Origin: Scyliorhinus canicula
Taxonomy: Eukaryota
Assembly: GCF_902713615.1 (NCBI RefSeq)
Contig: NC_052163.1
Location: 53,120,878 to 53,184,877, forward strand
DNA: 64,000 nucleotides
Direction of reading: 5' to 3'
In this document: positions 62,350 through 64,000 of the stretch, one piece after another
Layout: the number at the start of each line of letters is the position of its first letter
Position numbering within the stretch: the stretch's first letter is position 1
Position numbers and translations under genes: made by a program
Notes under the pieces: model-generated
Seen by the model: the letters and a program-made list of their open reading frames with translations, nothing else
The model's database searches: none
Told to the model about the DNA's origin: nothing

Positions 62350-63780
62350 ACTGTGCCCAGGGCGTATGCCTCTTCTGTATGGAGCAACATCTGTTGTGGA
62401 TGTGGAGGCCGATTTGTGAATAGCGATCCTCTCCTCAGCTGGCACAGCAACGAGATTGACTGATGGGTTTTTTTTAACGTCAAACTAGCTCACTTTTCTG
62501 TTGTCTGGTCATTTCTTTTGTCCTCTGCTTTATCCATGACCTTCCTGACTTTTTGTCTCCAGGAGTTCTGGTCAGCAGGGAGGAGTTCTCAAGGATCAAC
62601 TCTGACCCCATTCAACTCTCTCTCTCTCTCTCTCTGACATTTATTGCAGTCGTGGGCAACGGATTGGCCTCTGTCCGATAGCAAGTTTGCCATAGAGCAT
62701 AGCCGGAATTCTCTGATCGTCGGGATTCACTTTTCTCGCTGGCAGCGCACCTCCGCCCGTGGGTTTCCAGTAGCTTGGGGTGGCTTCAATGGGACATCCC
62801 ATTGACAAGCGGTGGAAGTATAGAATCCCACCACCAGCAAACGGCGCGCTGATCCAAGAAAGCTAATCCAAGAGTGAAGTTGTCGATGTTGATATAAGAT
62901 TGAATCCCTAAACCGTGACCCATAACTTAGGCCTTGCTGATGCTGATCGTCAGTCCAAGTTCCATGAAGGCCCGAGAGAACCCATCTATAAACTGTTGCG
63001 TGGGATGCCAGCGCAGTGTCATTGGCAAACAGCAACTCACGGAAAAGGACATTGTGCACTTTGGCCTTGACGTGCCAAGTTGAACAACTTGCCATCAGCT
63101 TTAGCATGCAGATAGACACCCTCATTTGAGGGGTAAAAAGCAGACATAAATATGAACACGGTGAAAAATATGCCAACAGGGATTGGCGCCAGGGTGCAGC
63201 CCTACTTTGCCCCACTCTTGAAAGCCTTTGATGATACTCCATTGTAACTGACAGGGAAAGAAACAATGACGCGCAGGTGGGCAGCATATTTACCACATTG
63301 GTTTGAGGAATTTTGCCAGATGTTTCGGTCGTTCAAGCCAGCGGGACCAGCCACAGGTTTCCCAGTGACGAGGAGAACATTCAACGGGAATGACAACAGT
63401 GGGTCCAGAAGATCCCTGCGCTGGCCTCGACCACCATGAAATATGTGGCGTGTTGCGCCCATCATGTCTGTTGACATGCTTGAAGGCCTTGGTGGAGTCT
63501 TTGAAGGCAATGTCAAGCAGCATGCGCTGTTTATGACACTTCTGTAATCGCCAAAGTGAGAAAATCATGTCTATTGTCAATCTGCCAGCTCTGAAGTCGC
63601 ATTGAGGTTCAGTAGATGTATAATGCCAGGGTCTGAAACCTGGTCAGAGCAATGCAAGCAAAGACCTTCCACCCAATACTAAAGAAGGAGATGACTAGGT
63701 AATTGTTACAGTCACTATGATCCCCGTTGATTTCTATATAAGATGACTATTTTTGCATCACCCATATCTTGCAGTCTTGG
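62350..63780 (-). mobile_element. Degenerate RTE-clade LINE interrupted by small MITEs (about 62700-62850 and 63300-63460)
   Basis: Remnants AFKDSTKAFKHVNR (cf. AFIDLTKAFDxVxR), ELLFANDTALASH (cf. ELLFADDAAL) and C-terminal SQIGLHIHNRCC (cf. SRIGLxSHxRxC). Confidence 0.8.
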
Positions 63781-64000
63781 ATTAGGTTTGAAGTGAGGCA
63801 CCGAGGAGGGTGAACACAACCTCGTTTTGTGTGAGGCTGAGTCTCATCCAGCTAAAGGGAGTGTTTTGAGCAAACCTCGTGAGGGCTAGAATTAGTCAGT
63901 TTTTTGAGTGGAGTGGATGATAGATATGATCGGTGTTCGAGGGGGCCAGCCCACCATACGCATATGTTCTGGTAATGCTCAAAGCTGGTGAGCCTCTGGA

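Overview
Eukaryotic DNA, almost certainly a shark genome (Scyliorhinus-like catshark inferred from the HE1/V-SINE, CR1 and Harbinger repeat content). The window lies inside one large + strand gene of the myocardin/MRTF family, most likely MYOCD. Four GT-AG-bounded, phase-compatible coding exons (24659-24714, 41437-41512, 43539-43700, 58501-58676; 470 nt) encode the RPEL1-2 spacer, RPEL2, RPEL3 and the following acidic/Ser-rich segment. The rest is intronic and dense in transposable elements: V-domain tRNA SINEs with several different 3' tails, a second short tRNA SINE, CR1, L2-like and RTE LINE fragments (one with an unbroken 543-aa RT frame), PIF/Harbinger, Tigger/pogo and hAT MITEs, a probable solo LTR, and Penelope-like terminal repeats with hammerhead-like cores. 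There are no prokaryotic genes, CRISPR arrays or operons. Nearly all ORFs in the supplied track are spurious or TE-derived. The best leads are: (1) a myocardin-type protein retaining MRTF-like actin-binding RPEL features; (2) two independent SINE::CR1 chimeric insertions, each bracketed by a single apparent target-site duplication; (3) modular head/tail shuffling among SINEs; (4) hammerhead-like motifs with a compensatory stem change; (5) young palindromic MITEs carrying symmetric NRF1/CRE cassettes. Repeat family names come from motif recognition, not database searches, and repeat boundaries are approximate unless a TSD is quoted.
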